64,000 bases of DNA from Amoeboaphelidium protococcarum X5 (Eukaryota; Fungi; Aphelidiomycota): assembly GCA_023515725.1 (NCBI GenBank), contig JALDTO010000251.1, forward strand, positions 839,505 through 903,504. The letters run 5' to 3'. A program made the position numbers and the translations under genes. The notes under the pieces were generated by a model. That model was not told the DNA's origin. It did no database searches and saw only the letters and a program-made list of their open reading frames with translations. Below are positions 24,796 to 38,548 of the stretch, in pieces. Position 1 is the stretch's first letter. The number at the start of each line of letters is the position of its first letter.

Positions 24796-25303
24796 CGCGA
24801 CTGACTCGGCTCAGAAACTATAACAAAAGAAGATGGTAAAGGTGATTGAAGAAAATGTTGTAAATTAATTTCGTAACACTCGACACATTTAAGCACATGG
24901 TACTACAATAATCCAAGTCTGGGCGACATTCGATTGTCAAATCAAATTTACGAACATGCCATGCTAGTATAAAATAGTTTCGATTGACGACCATGGGGAG
25001 GTGACATATCCTCTCAAAAGTTCAAATGAAAAGTTGAAACAAAGTTGTCAGTGCTTTAAATGACTACTGGTAATTTATTTATGGTGATGTCCGTACCAAT
25101 TACCCAAAAGTTGACTTACTGTGGTCGAGTGACTATCTTTGACATGGCTCAGAATAAAACTTCACAACAGCATTGCTAGGGAGATAAATATAACCATATC
25201 CACGTTTTACATTGAAAGACCGCCTTTATTTCTAAAATCTATTCAAATTTATACAACTAGCAAGCAATTTTAAGAGACAAAAAAAATATATTGACTAGGT
25301 AAA

Positions 25304-26471
25304 ATGAATGGTTCAATGTTTGGTGGTATCTTCAACGTGTCAAGTGTGAACTCAACGAGCATGAGACTGCGTGATCGTAAGTATTAATATGTCAACATGT
25401 CGCAACTTGAATATTATTTTATACTTTGTAGGCAGATTGAAGGATGCTAAAGTACACGCTGATAAGAACTAGAGAGAGCTTGCACGTGACAGAATGGCAT
25501 TGGAGCGCAAGGAGAAGACGATGCTTGCCGAATGTAAACGGCTGTTGAAGAAGGGCGATCTGGTGAGTGCCCAGCTAGTGGCATAGCAAATATAGAAATT
25601 TCGCAGCTTGCAACATCGAAATTTGACTCACTCTTGCAATCTTGAGCTCAAGACGCAAACTCTGATTTCTGATCATAAAGTTAATCAGGCTGAAGTGGAA
25701 GGTGTTAAAGCGTGGTCGTATGCTAATGCTTACGAAACTTTTGGTGGCCTGGAGAGGAGAGAAAACAGGATGGGTATGCGATCTGGAGCAATCGACCATT
25801 TTGAAGATAGTCTGCGTGGGTGTGTTGATGGCCTCCTGGATGAAGACGGAGTGGGAGACGTTGACGATGGACCCCAGTATTAATCAGGTGGTGGCGCTGA
25901 CATGGAGATGCTGGGTGCTAAAATGAAGAAGATGGAATTACAAGCCATCATGGCTCAGGCTCTAGGAAAAGAGAAGCGAACATATTTCAATTAGCCGGAG
26001 GTTGTGGCACCTTACTCATTAATTATTAAATCATTGGACTAGACTAGTGATGATGAAGGCGTAATTGTGGTGTTAAATGACATCAGTAAAAGTGCTCAAT
26101 CAGGAAACTCTGCGCCCGAGAAACCATTCAGTGTTTCAACATTCAAAATTGATGATTTGAAACGCAAAATAGTGGCTGATTCTTACGTTTCCGGTCAGTT
26201 GGATCTATGCTGGACTCCATCAGAGTAGGTGCAAAAGGATAACTTGATTGGCACAGTGAAACCCTTCAAGATTGGTAAGTTGAACGGTGGCACTAACGAA
26301 TTTGAACAGTTAAAGTTCAACGCTACGTTGGAGTAGTTGAGTATCAAGGATGGAGATACGTTGTACGTGCTAACATCCACTGCTGCATCAGAACCAAATT
26401 CAAGGAGAACAAGTGTAGACCCTCGCGATGAAGAGTTAAGACATCGTTTAAATCGTATACGCAAGAATTGA
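25304..26471 (+). CDS. Divergent ESCRT-III (Vps2/CHMP2-like) protein with ubiquitin-like insert and C-terminal MIM1-like helix; intron 25377-25431; about 370 aa
   Basis: QRELARDRMALERKEKTMLAECKRLLKKGDLVSAQLVAQQI (Snf7-family helices); later IDDLKRKI...ATLEQLSIKDGDTLYVL (Ubl-like); terminal DEELRHRLNRIRKN*. Confidence 0.7.
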
Positions 26472-26746
26472 ATATCAGACGCATGCGTATAAAAGTGAAT
26501 GATGATTTCAATTTAATGTTTCCCCAATTCATAGTTAGTCTTTGTCTTAGAGGCCCAATATTTTTCAAAGCCCATCGGTGTCGTTTGCAATTTCAGTTTC
26601 GTTCTGCGTAATGTCAACCTTTAGCGAAGGAGATCGTTCCTTTCGTTCATTCTAGCGATACTTTCTACGTCGCGTTTATTGAAAATACTATAGATTGCCC
26701 TCTTATAGCAATAATAAGTGGGTTGTTGACGTTAAGAACTAGTACA

Positions 26747-29544
26747 ATGTGGCAGGCTAATGAGTAAGTACTGAACACTGTCCTGCAGGTCTTGCATAAT
26801 GCAGACTCGCCTAATAATGCCATTTAAATGCAAGTGCGCAAGGTAAAATAAATATCATTGTGGATGTTAAATGCATATGTATGTTAATATTTATTACCAC
26901 TATCACCTTAATGTAGAAGTTGGATGAATTTCAAACTTCCGTACCTCAGTACAATAATTATTTGATCCATATTTTAACGCAGTTGAAGCAGGAGAGTCCT
27001 CAGGTGCGTGCAGCTGCTGGATTGATTTTGAAGAATAACATTCGCTCTATTGGCAGTCAGATTTCCGAAGATTTGTCTTTTATCAAGCAATGTGCAGTTC
27101 ATTCATTGGGTGATCCTCTACCATTGGTGAGGGGAACTGTTGGTATTGTAATTACTACTCTGGTGAGTAAAATTGGTCTGTAGCAATGGCCAGATTTGTT
27201 GGGTAACCTGGTGCAGCTTGTTCAGTCCAAGGATGATAATACGGTTGAGGGAGCGTTCAGTTCACTTTCCAAGATTTGCGAGGATTCTGGCCAGATGTTG
27301 ACTGAACAGGCTCCTGACTTGGTGAGGCAGCTACTGCCCATCTTGATCTAATTCTCTGGATCGTAGAATATGAAAGTGCGAACATTTGCGCTTAATTCTG
27401 TGAATTAGTTCATCATCTGGTAGTCGGATGTGTTGTTTAATGAATTTATGGGCCCTTATATTTAGGCATTGTCAGCTAGAGCTCAAGATACTGCTGGAGA
27501 AGTCAGGCGACTTGTGTGCCAAGCATTTGTTATGCTCTTGGACAATAAGGCGGATATTCTTTTGCCTCAGATGAATAGTATTGCAGAGTTTATGCTTTAT
27601 GCCATGAAAGATTAGGAGGAGAGTGTGTCTCTGGAAGCATGTGAGTTTTGGTTGAGATTTGCTGAAATGGACAACTTGTAGACGGCGATGTAAGGCTATC
27701 TTCCTACTCTTTTGCCGTAGCTTCTGAAAGGTATGGTGTACAGTGAAGATGATTTGGCGATCTTGGATTAGGATGAGGACGATTAGAACGTTCCTGATCG
27801 TGCCGAAGACATCAAGCCCCGTCATCATAAAGCAAAAACTCACGCTGTGGAGAATGGTCAGAAATAGCAATAGTAGTAGTAGTAGGATGCTGAGGAGGGC
27901 GAACTTGATTAGGACGATGAGGAGGAGGATGAAGAAGATGACGATGAGGTTTATGCAGAGTGGAATTTAAGAAAGTGCTCTGCTGCTACTTTGGATGCTA
28001 TTGCTTCCTCATTCGGTGATTCCATATTATCGCTGGTACTGCCAATCTTGAATTAAATGATGAATAGCCCGGAATGGACATAACGTGAAGCTGGAATTTT
28101 GGCTTTGGGTGCCATTGCAGACGGATGTATGTCAGGTATTCAGCCGCACCTACCATAGCTACTGCCATTCCTTTTGTAGAATATGAATGATCCTAAGCCG
28201 CTTGTCAAGAGCATCACTTGCTGGACTCTAAGTCGCTATACTGGATTTGTCATTGATTCTTTCGAAAGTAATAAGGCGTCGTACTTTGAACCTTTGCTTA
28301 GTGCCATACTGAATGCCGTTCTGAGCAATAACAAGCGCGTTCAAGAGGCCGCATGTAGTGCTCTGTCTGTATTTGAGGAGGAAGCGTTGGATTACATGGT
28401 GCCATATCTACCACAGCTTTTGTAGGTGTTCAATCAAGCGTTCCAGGTTTATTAAAAAAAGAATGTTACTATTTTGCTGGATAGTGTTGGAACTCTTGCT
28501 GAAGGTGTTGGTTCTGCCTTAGCGAAGCCGGAGTATATCAATCTACTGATGCCACCTTTGATTGTGCGATGGAACACATTGAGTGATGACGATCCACAGT
28601 TGTTCCCGCTGCTGGAGTGTTTATCTATTGTCGCTGCTGCTTTGGGTTCCACTTTTGAGCCATTCTCTCACCCAATCTATGAGAGATGTATCAAGTTGAT
28701 CAAGTAGACTATAACAATGTAAGTAATGCATCAGTAGAACCCAGGTCAGATGGATGAACCTGACATTGATTTCTTGATTGTAGCTTTAGATTTGGTGTCT
28801 GGCATAGTGTAAGCTCTGCAGTAGAATTTCTCTTCGTTACTTTAGAGAGTTTAGCCATCTCTGTATGATCTGTTGCTGCATTGCATTTGCCACGAATCTC
28901 CAGAGGTTCGTCAGAGTGCATTTGCTCTTATCGGTGATTTGGCGATCCATTCCTTTGCCACTTTGAAGTAGTATCTACCACAGATTATGCCTGTCTTGAT
29001 TCAGTAAAGTAGCGTAAATTTGGTCGATACTAATTTGTCGGCTGTAAATAACGCTTGTTGGGCTGCGGGTGAGATTTCCATGCAGTATGGCCAGGAAATG
29101 GTTCCTTTCGTAAAGCCAATGACTGATCAGTTGTTAGCTATTCTGTTCCATAGAGAAAGCTCAAAAATTCTGCAGGAAAATGTTGCCATCACCATTGGAA
29201 GACTAAGCTTGATTTCACCAGAAAGCATCGCTCCTAATTTGGAAGTTATAGTTGAACCTTGGTGTCGCGCTTTGAGATAGACAAAGCCTAATGCTGAGAA
29301 GGAGTCGGCATTCCGTGGATTCTGTAGACTTATTCAGACTAACCCAAATGGACTGTTGAAGTCCTTTTCCTGGTTTGCAGATGCAGTGGCAATGTATCCT
29401 TCTGCTCCATAAGATTTGCGGGACGCGTTCCAAGCAATACTGAGCGGTGTCAAGAATATGTTGGGCGCGTAGTGGGACAATTACTATTCCAACTTTCCCC
29501 CTTCGCTGCGAGAAAGGCTGTAGAAGTTTTACAATTTATCATGA
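26747..29544 (+). CDS. TNPO1: Transportin-1 / importin beta-2; intron 26843-26916
   Basis: MWQANEQ; YNNYLIHIL; RAAAGLILKNN; KICEDS; LEACEFW; PDRAEDIKPR; acidic H8 loop; WNLRKCSAA.LD; NKRVQEAACSA; LFPLLECL; VRQSAFALIGD; ENVAITIGRL. Confidence 0.95.
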
Positions 29545-30143
29545 TCTTTGAAATCTTTGAATATATATAACGAGTTGTTTGGCACTTTATTGGTTTCATT
29601 GTGGCGTGAAAATTGTAATATAAGTAGTACTAAGAACAATCAAGCAAATAATAATTACAGTATGAGCGCTGAAGTTTACAGTGTCAGAAGTACAATTACG
29701 AGTAATGCTTTTTCCGCAACAGAACACAGACCACTCAAGAGCTTAATAGCCATGACCGACAATCACGAAAAATCTCAAGTAAACGACATGAGCAATTCCA
29801 AACTAACTAATCCTCTAATTCTACAATTTCTCATATGGAGTTTAAATAATGGCACTTTCTCCTAAGCTATCTTTTGAGCTAAAATAATCTGAAACGATTT
29901 ACAAAACGAGCGACTCCTGAAAAGCTTCTGACCGAATAAGCGACAGCTGAAAGCAACGACAACGCGATCTGATATTGCGGAAATTGGCGAAAACGTTTAC
30001 GCGATTTTCATTTAACCGAAGCAACCTAAAAAGGCCGTTCGCGTTAATCAGTAAAACTTTTCTGGCCTTTGGTAGCTTTGAGTGAAGAAATTGGACATTT
30101 TCGCAATTTAATCTCCATTTGTAATCTAGTGAGGAAATTAAAT

Positions 30144-30701
30144 ATGGTCAACAATAGATATAACGTTGTTAAAGTGGACGAAAACAGCTGCGCCAAGGCA
30201 AGAGGTGCATATCTGCGCGTTCACTTCAAAAATACTCGCGAGACAGCAATGGCTGTTAAGGATATGAATGTGCACAAGGCTTTGTAGTATTTGGAGGCTG
30301 TTAAGGAGCACAAGCGTTGTATTCCATTCCGTAGATTTAAGGGTGGTGTCGGTAGAACTGGATAGGCTTTGGAATTTGGCGTCACTCAGGGTCGCTGGCC
30401 TGTGAAGAGTGTTAAATTCATTGAGGGATTGTTGAAGAACGCGCTTGCCAACGCTGAGGCCAAGCAGTTGGACACTGACTCTCTATACATTAAGCACATC
30501 TAGGTGAACCAGGCACCAAAGCAGCGCAGAAGAACGTACAGAGCTCACGGCCGTATCAATCCATTCCAGAGCCATCCGTGCCACATTGAGATTGTCTGCG
30601 TGCCAAGATCTCTGCCTGTGCCTGCTGCTAAGGATTCAAAGAAGCCAGTTGCTGCTGTCACTGGAAGTGCTCCTGCTCCAGTCGAAGGTTCAACTGCATG
30701 A
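30144..30701 (+). CDS. RPL17: 60S ribosomal protein L17 (uL22), 185 aa
   Basis: [18 protein letters not shown]; [15 protein letters not shown]; QGRWPVKS; LLKNA; [23 protein letters not shown]. Confidence 0.97.
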
Positions 30702-30773
30702 AAATTTAAATATAGTAGTTGAGCATTTATACTCATTTTTTACACTTTAGAATAGTTTTATATTCACTCTAGA

Positions 30774-32099
30774 TCATTTTTGGATGGTGACAATGTTCTT
30801 ACGACGTTCTGCCTAATATGGGACAATACCAGGCTTACTATGTCGCCGCAAATTATCTTTACGCTTAGATTCAGCATCAACGACAATCTTCTTTAAGCGC
30901 TGCGTGCTCTTCACCGCCTTTGGTACGTGACGCGATTTAAGAACCTTCTTCACCTCTGGCATATGTCCATACCTCGACTTCAACTGATCATTGTACTTTC
31001 GTGATGCACGCTCCCTTGGGGCTAGAGGTCCGAGCTTATCAGACGCGTTAGACTTCCACAAGCGCAGTGACGCGTCATCAGAGCAGCTGACAATATACTT
31101 TGAGTCCATTGAGTAGCGCACACCAAACAACCTCTACATGCGCGACGTATGATAAATGTCACGCGAATGGCCTTACTAGATGGGAAATATTCTCAGAGTC
31201 TTGTCATACGATGCCGTCACAATCTCCTGCCCAGTAGGCGCAAAGTCAACATCTATAACTGCACTGACATGATCTTTATACACGTTCAAAGCTGACTTCA
31301 TCTTGCGCATATCAAACATGTACACATTATGATCTTCGCTGGCAACCACAAAGTTGAAAGATTCCATAGGATTCCAAGCTATTGCATTAGATTTCAAACT
31401 CATTACCAGTTTTGATAAAGGTGTCTGTGTTCGAATGTCATACAGTGTGATGTTACGATCAGTGCCGCATGAAGCAAGAATCGATACTTCAGTAGGATTA
31501 AAGCGGACAGTATTTATAGAGTCTACGCCCCAGTTCATAGAGTATATAGGTTCCGATCTCTAGGAATCCCATATATCAATCTTGGATCCGCAAGTGGCAA
31601 ATATGTCTTTAGTATAATGATGATCAACGCCAACTGTGAAATCCTTACTCTTCATTACGGCGAGAGGTTGATTTCGCTACTACTATTATGGATTCCAAAT
31701 CTTGATCAATTTATCATCGCCACAAGTAATTAAATTCTCATTTAAAGGACTGAATGTACAGCTACGTATAAATCCATCATGGGCATTCTGTAAACACCAG
31801 GTGGCTTTCTGCGTTGCCAGATTCCACACTCTAATCTCACCGTCAGCAGAGCCAGACGCGATTTCTGTGAGCTTCTTGGTATTCTTAGCCAAAGCATAAA
31901 CACCATCCTTGTGTCCATCCAGCTCGGCGATAAATGGCTTTGAGAACATTCGCTCCAACTTGGCAGCATTCAGTGCTCTGGTATACTCGCGCGCCTTCTC
32001 AAATGGATGCAGCACCGGATCTGGATTCTTCGGCATCACAAATAGATCATTAGAAGTCTTTCGCTATATTTGACTATGATGTGCAATTCCAACCTTCAT
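30774..32099 (-). CDS. SOF1: U3 snoRNP WD40 protein Sof1/DCAF13, 441 aa
   Basis: NPDPVLHPFEKAREYTRALNAAKLERMFSKPF; WNPMESFNF; DHVSAVIDVDFAPTG; HSRDIYHTSRMQ; LRLWKSNAS; RRHSKPG. Confidence 0.96.
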
Positions 32100-32319
32100 A
32101 TTAATATTATTGAATTATTAATTTGATCTTTAATCAGCGATTAATCGATATTCAGTAAATTAAGAGTTGATTCTAAACAAGATGCTTGAAGCAGTCTTGA
32201 AGTGATGGGATAAAACTGAACAAATTTTGACGCGTTTTCACTCTTCGTTGGTATAAAGCACTACACTTTTAAAAGAGCTATATCAACGTTTAATAAGTAG
32301 AGATTATCACTGCTTTATA

Positions 32320-34365
32320 ATGGCGATAAAGAAAGCTACTAAAAAGTTCAATAAGAACAAGCTAAAGACTGTTATTGAACAGAGGAAGAAACGCGCTGCA
32401 AGAAATGGTAAATCATCTCAGTCTTTGAAGGAGAGTTTCTAGAAGAATAAGAAGCAGAAGGTTGCTGGTAATTCTACTGGAAGGGAGCATGATGATGGCG
32501 ATATGGTTATTGATAAATCTGCTAGCGAAGATAATGCGGTGATTATGGAGTAGCAGGAATAAGATGCTCAGTCAGATGGCGATGTGTCTCAGGATGAAGG
32601 CGCGTTGAATGAGCATGCTTTGCAGCTTGAACAATTGAAGAGTGCTGATCCGGAATTTTACAAGTATCTGAAGGAGAATGATCCGGCATTATTGCAGTTC
32701 AATGAAGAGCTGGAAGATGGGAATATAGTGGATGATGAGGGTAATATCAGCGACTTGGATGAAGATGATTTAGTGGCAGATGAACAGGACTCGGAGATCT
32801 CGGAGGACCCTTTGGATGATATCATCAAGCAGATTCGTAATAATTCATCAGTATCGGCTGCAAAGCAAGCAATTAGTATGCTGAAAACTATGTTAATGCC
32901 TTAAAGTGAAGGTGACAATGATGATGGCGATGAGGGAGAAATGGCTCAACTGTCAGCAGCGACGTTGAACGACAATTCCAGCAAATTGATTGAAGTTATC
33001 ACCACTGATATTCCTCTAATGATCTGTAAGCAGTTGGGCTTATCTAGTGACAATAATTCCAATAGATTGAAATCCGGTTCTTCTAATGCTGCCAAGAAAA
33101 ACAAGGTTCTGATGAAGCAATACTCAACATGCCTGGTTGTACTCCTGGATCAGCTGTAAGACCGCTAGATGTTCCACTTTATAGTTGTGAAGTTAGAACA
33201 GAGTAAAGTTGCATTATTACTTTCCATGTTGGAGTTGAATAAAATCACCAAGAAATTGTGGACACTGCTGATCGAGTTTGCTTGTAATTGCAAGGTGGAC
33301 ACGTCCGTAGATTATAATGCTCAGCGCGATATTGAGATGAAGACTGGTGCAATGGTTCTGATCAAGAGCTGGCTATCTGCTATCACTGACAAAGAAGGTC
33401 GCCTGTTTGCCGGTAAATTGTTGATAAAGTCCTTCTTGACCAGTTGCAAGTCTACCGCGACTCATAATTACGAGGCCGTTGAGTACGTGATGAAGTCTAT
33501 TGTGGAGACGCTGATTCCTCTGAAGGATCTCTGCTATACTCTGGGCTTCCTCGGAATCCGCCAGCTGGCTGTATTGTTGAGAAACGCAATCACAAAGCCG
33601 TCTGCTGATAACTCGGCAGCTATTGCAAACTGGTCTACAGTGTGGTCGGTGAGGCTGTGGTGCTTGTTATTGCATAGACAATGTCCGCCTAAGGAAGATG
33701 TTATGCATCAGTTGTATTTCCCTCTGACCACTGTGGCATTTGGAATTATTCGTTTTGCATCAGCCAAGTAGTATCTTCCAATGAGATTGCATCTACTTAA
33801 AGCTTTGTAGTCTTTATCTGGCCCCAAATTTGTATTTCTGCCTATTCTGTCTGTGGCATTCAGCGATGTGATGGGTGTTGTACAGGTGCTGATTAAATCC
33901 AAAGATGGCCCCGCTGCTGGTAGTGGAGGTAAACCTGCCTAAATTCAATTTGCTCTTAAACTGTCTACCAAGTATGCAGGTACTGCTCTGAATTACGTTC
34001 CAATGCTGGATTATGTGATTGATGAGGTGGTTGAAGCCGATTTGGTGTCATGGTCCCGTCATGTTGCCTTCCCCGAACTATCTGTCTGTGTCAAGATGCA
34101 GCTGCGTCAGATTAGAAAATTGTTGGAATAGCACTATCACCAGCTAAAAGCTCTGGATGGATTCAAGAAGAAGATTGTGGCTCTGTAAAAGTGTGTTGAT
34201 GAGAACTCCCTGTGGGTACAGTAGTAGAGACTGACTATCTAGGCATCTCCACTGGAACTGGCTTCTAATCAAGCGTCAGAAATTTGCGATCAAGGTCCGT
34301 CCCCGCTGGAGAAGTACGTCAAGGCAGTGTCTCGCGTTAGATAGAATTTGAAGCGCATTTAATGA
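32320..34365 (+). CDS. NOC2: Nucleolar complex protein 2, 681 aa
   Basis: KKATKKFNKNKL; HALQLEQLKSADPEFYKYLKENDPALLQF; YTLGFLGIRQLAVLLRNAI; NWSTVWSVRLW; LYFPL; YLPMRLH; VAFPEL. Confidence 0.93.
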
Positions 34366-34771
34366 AAACAGTCAAGTGATATGACCATGAAAGTATCACC
34401 TCTGATCTTGTGGTAAATTTTTATTTTCATTTGAGTTATTGGTACTAACGCCACCGAGAATCCAAGGCAACTAGAAACTGTTAATACGAATAGACCATAT
34501 GCGCGTACCTTTTTGAAATTGAACCTACCACAAATAGAGTCCCTCTTAGCCGTTCCACCCGCGTTGTCCCTCTAACTGTCTCGCTCTCAAAAACGCGCTC
34601 ATGTCCGACAAAATTGCTTCATTCACAGCTCTTGTTCTTTGCTGAAACAGTTCTCTCTCTCTGTTTCTTTCTCTCTCTTTGCTGCTCTTGTAACACCTGC
34701 ATTAAGTATCATTTCAAGTCAGTCATATCATAATATTGGCTTTGATGTAAACATAGGCATAAAATTGGAAT

Positions 34772-36409
34772 ATGTAGTAGTAGTAGTAGTAGTAGCAAGT
34801 TGATGTCCGTCCGGTTTTGAGAACTAATGATGAAGGATTTATTGAAGGTGGCAGTTCCTAGTCGAGTGCTCCAACACCTGTACATTCAGAGTAGTAATCT
34901 CCTAGTGCATTATTGACTATTTAAATACTGGATATGGTGAAAAGATGTTCGGCAGAAGAATAATTTGATATCATGAGTCAATTAATCAAATAAATGCCTC
35001 TGTAACAAACAGGTAAGCTCCAGGAGTAGATCAAAGCTATAATGACACCGAAAGCTGTTTAATATGTGGACTTTATATCTCAACTGCCTCAGGAATTATC
35101 TGTCCACATCGCCCAATTACTTTGCCGTAATTTAATAGATTTATAGAATGCTCAGCTGGTATCATCAAGGTGGAAATCAGTGTTCAGTCAAGAGTCCGTG
35201 TACAAGACCAGATTTCGATTCAAGTAGTAGGTAGAGGATTGGAAACTTAATTAAAAGATACTCAAGGACCATCCGACCACTTGGCGTCATCTTTGTGAGT
35301 AATAAGAACGCTTGTAATAGAGATGGAGACAGTTGAATGATGACGGCATGATGCACATCAGACACATTAATGGACACCGTGATGGTATCTACTCTGTAAT
35401 GTATGATGGCAAGAATCGATAGATTATAAGTGGTAGTCGTGATAGAACTGTTCGCGTATGGGATATTGAGACAGGTGAGTAGTTGCATGTTATGAATGGT
35501 CATTCACAATCGGTGCTTACCGTGGCTTTTAATGATGATTTGGTTGTAACTGGGTCATCAGATTCAACTATCAAAGTGTGGGATCGGCGGAATTAGTACG
35601 CCTTATTGCACACCATACATGGACATAGTGAGAGTGTATTGAATGTAGTTCTTGATGATGATTATAATATTGTGAGTGCATCCAAAGATAAGACTATCAA
35701 GATTTGGTAGCGATAATTGGAAAACAATTAATGGGAATTGATCACCACATGCACTGGACACAAGGCTGCTGTTAATAGTATTAGTGTGTAGAAGGGATTG
35801 ATGGTTAGTGCATCTGGCGATAGAATCATTAAAGTTTGGGACTTTGTTAAGAAGGATGGCACTTGTTTGCGTGATCTAGTCGGCCATGCCAGAGGTATTG
35901 CAGCAATTCACTTTGATGGTACGTATGTAGCCAGTGGATCTTCTGACCAAACGATAAAGTTGTGGAATGTTCACACTGGTCAACTGCTAAAGTCTTTTGT
36001 GGCTCATAGTGATCTTGTGCGTACATTGCAGTTTAATAATAACTTTTTGATCAGTGGTGGCTATGACGGTGTAGTTAAAGTCTGGGACATGAAGAGAATA
36101 TTACATTAGTCTCTTCCAGGATCATAGTCATCTGAAAATAATGATATGGACATTGAGGGTGGTGGAGTAGCAAATAACAATAATAATGGCGGCGGTATAC
36201 TGTTGTATGAATTCTAAAATTTACATACCAACAGGGTATTTAAAATAGATTTTAGCTGGCACTATATAATCAGTTGTTCTCAAGATGGAAGAATATGTGT
36301 ACGCGATATAGCAGCGGATTAACAATAGCCGGTACGTTCCAACTCTACTGGTAATCTCGACTTATCTGCTTTAACTAGTGGTGGAATTGATGCCAAGTAT
36401 TTTGACTGA
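34772..36409 (+). CDS. F-box/WD40 protein, beta-TrCP/Pof11-like, 545 aa
   Basis: Starts M(TAG)7CAA; DFISQLPQELS F-box; WD40 repeats ISGSRDRTVRVWD, TGSSDSTIKVWD, GHKAAVN, SASGDRIIKVW, GHARGIA, SGSSDQTIKLW, SGGYDGVVKVWD, HTNRVF. Confidence 0.88.
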
Positions 36410-36518
36410 GCCGTGATTAATACTAATTTGCGATTGTAAGTTGACCTTTAACTTGTAAATTTTCAAATTAAAACTCAAGAGAGTAAATGAGATATTCATA
36501 GAATCTACAATTATAACA

Positions 36519-37100
36519 TCAAGACGACGATGATGTTGGTGTGTATAGCTCATTAGTTAGCCGAGTAAACTACTCGACTTGATCAGCACAATGCAGAACT
36601 TGGCCTTGATGTTGAGCAAAACACTTTTTAACCTGCTCCCTTGCATCCGCAGCAGCCTGTAATTTGTTTTGCATCTTGACATCGCCACCTGTATGTGCCT
36701 TCAACTTCTTCTACTAATCAATAAGTCGATCAGCTTTATGCATAAGATCACTTGAGTGCAAGCCTTCAGAATTACGCTTATAACTCTACAACTTGGCATT
36801 CACAATCTGATCAACTTCCTACTGACTGTACATCTTTTCGCCGCCATTTGTACTTTTATATACGGAAGAAGAAGATGATGATTATGACGATGCATTCTGT
36901 GATTCTTGTAGAGATTGCGATGATGGAACACCACCATAGTTCCCTTTGTCACCAGATGATGGCATCTGCATCCTGGATTCCAACTTGTCCACCAGAGTCT
37001 ACGACATGCGCACAGAGTAATGATCAATAGGCACGCCGCTCCTGTCATTAGGAGGATAGAACGTGTACGGTTCCTAATCTTTAGAATTTTAAACTCCCAT
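36519..37100 (-). CDS. MIC19: MICOS subunit Mic19-like, 193 aa
   Basis: MGVQNSK N-myristoylation-type start; coiled-coil middle; C-terminal AREQVKKCFAQHQGQVLHCADQVEQF (Cx10C). Invisible in the standard-code track. Confidence 0.7.
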
Positions 37101-37489
37101 TTAATACCAAACGATCAATGATCCTATTCCAAAATGCCACAATATAGATATTTGTAAAGGAGAAGACTAAAGTTACTCGAGCGAATCCGTCGATGCTAAG
37201 CAGCTATGTGTTGAACTTTTTTTAATTGAATTCAACAGCGAAAAGAAACGATACTCTCTGTGGTCGTTTCTTTACTCTGCTTCCGTAAAGCTCTTCTCTC
37301 GCGCACTCTCTCTCTCTCTCTGTCTCATTCTCATTCTCTCGATCGTGAATGACGCGAGATTTTATCGAGTTTCATACGCGTCTTCTTCCTTTGTACTTTG
37401 TCTCTTTAACCATTCCTTCTTCCTCTAAACACAGACAGAGCGTAATCAGACTAGTTTAAGCCAGTTAGTAAAAAATAGGTGAAAGTGGT

Positions 37490-38548
37490 ATGAAAATGGA
37501 TGAAGAATGGGGAAATGATGCGTAAGAGTTTATCAAGAGATTGTAAAAGGAGCGAGAGTCGAAGAAGGATGGTGTGGCGGAGTTTTGCCCGATTGCGTAT
37601 CCTGAAGAGTATGTAAAGTGTATGGATCTGTTCAAGTTTGTAGTTATGCATAATGAGATGAGTCCACGTGCATTAAATCTCACCACTTCAATTATTGCTT
37701 TGAATCCTGCTCATTACTCAGTTTGGAATTACAGATAAAAAATTCTGCTCAAATTGAGTTCGCAAGGTGCAACAGATGGTGACTCTAAGGTTGATAATAT
37801 GACAGTTATTGATGATGAACTGTAATGGCTGAACTTATTTCTTGCTGAGAATAAAAAGAATTATCAACTGTGGCATCATCGATAGTTTTTGATTGACACA
37901 ATACACAGGAGTATTGGAAATAGAGCTGGTGATAATAATGAGTCTAACATTAAATCGATATTATTGGATTGGATGTAGACAGAGTTGGCGTATGTGTCTT
38001 AGATTCTAGAGCTTGATGCCAAAAATTATCATGCGTGGTCTTATAGGCAATACTTTTTGACTTTATACATTCCCCATGATGGCCAGGATAATGGAGACAT
38101 TGGCAAAGATATTGTACATGCAGAGATCAACTATTGCAAGTAGCTTATCAATTTGGATGTGAAGAATAACTCTGCTTGGAATCATTTATGGTTTGTAAAT
38201 TATCATATTGCTGATTAGATAAATATTGTTGGTATGACTATTGAGGAGCAGGTGGATTATTGCATGGAGAAGATTAGACTCTCAGCTGGTAATGAAAGTT
38301 CATGGAGCTATCTGCGAGCCGTGCTGGATAAGAATTCCTCGATGCTTAAAGACAAAGTTCTGCCGTTATGTACCTCTCTCTATACTCAGGGTAATGTCAA
38401 GAGTTCACAGTTGTTGGAATTTCTACTCGACTTTCATCGTGACGCGTAACTGGATCCGCAGACTCTATGCTCGTAGTTGGCTTCAATTGACTTTATCAGA
38501 TCGCGATACTGGACCATGCAAGGGGAATTGTATAATTAACGAAAATGA
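37490..38548 (+). CDS. FNTA: Protein farnesyltransferase/GGTase-I alpha subunit, 352 aa
   Basis: PIAYPEEY; EMSPRAL.LT; NPAHYSVWNYR; KNYQLWHHR; DAKNYHAWSYRQ; DVKNNSAWN; NESSWSYLR; D.IRSRYW. Confidence 0.93.
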
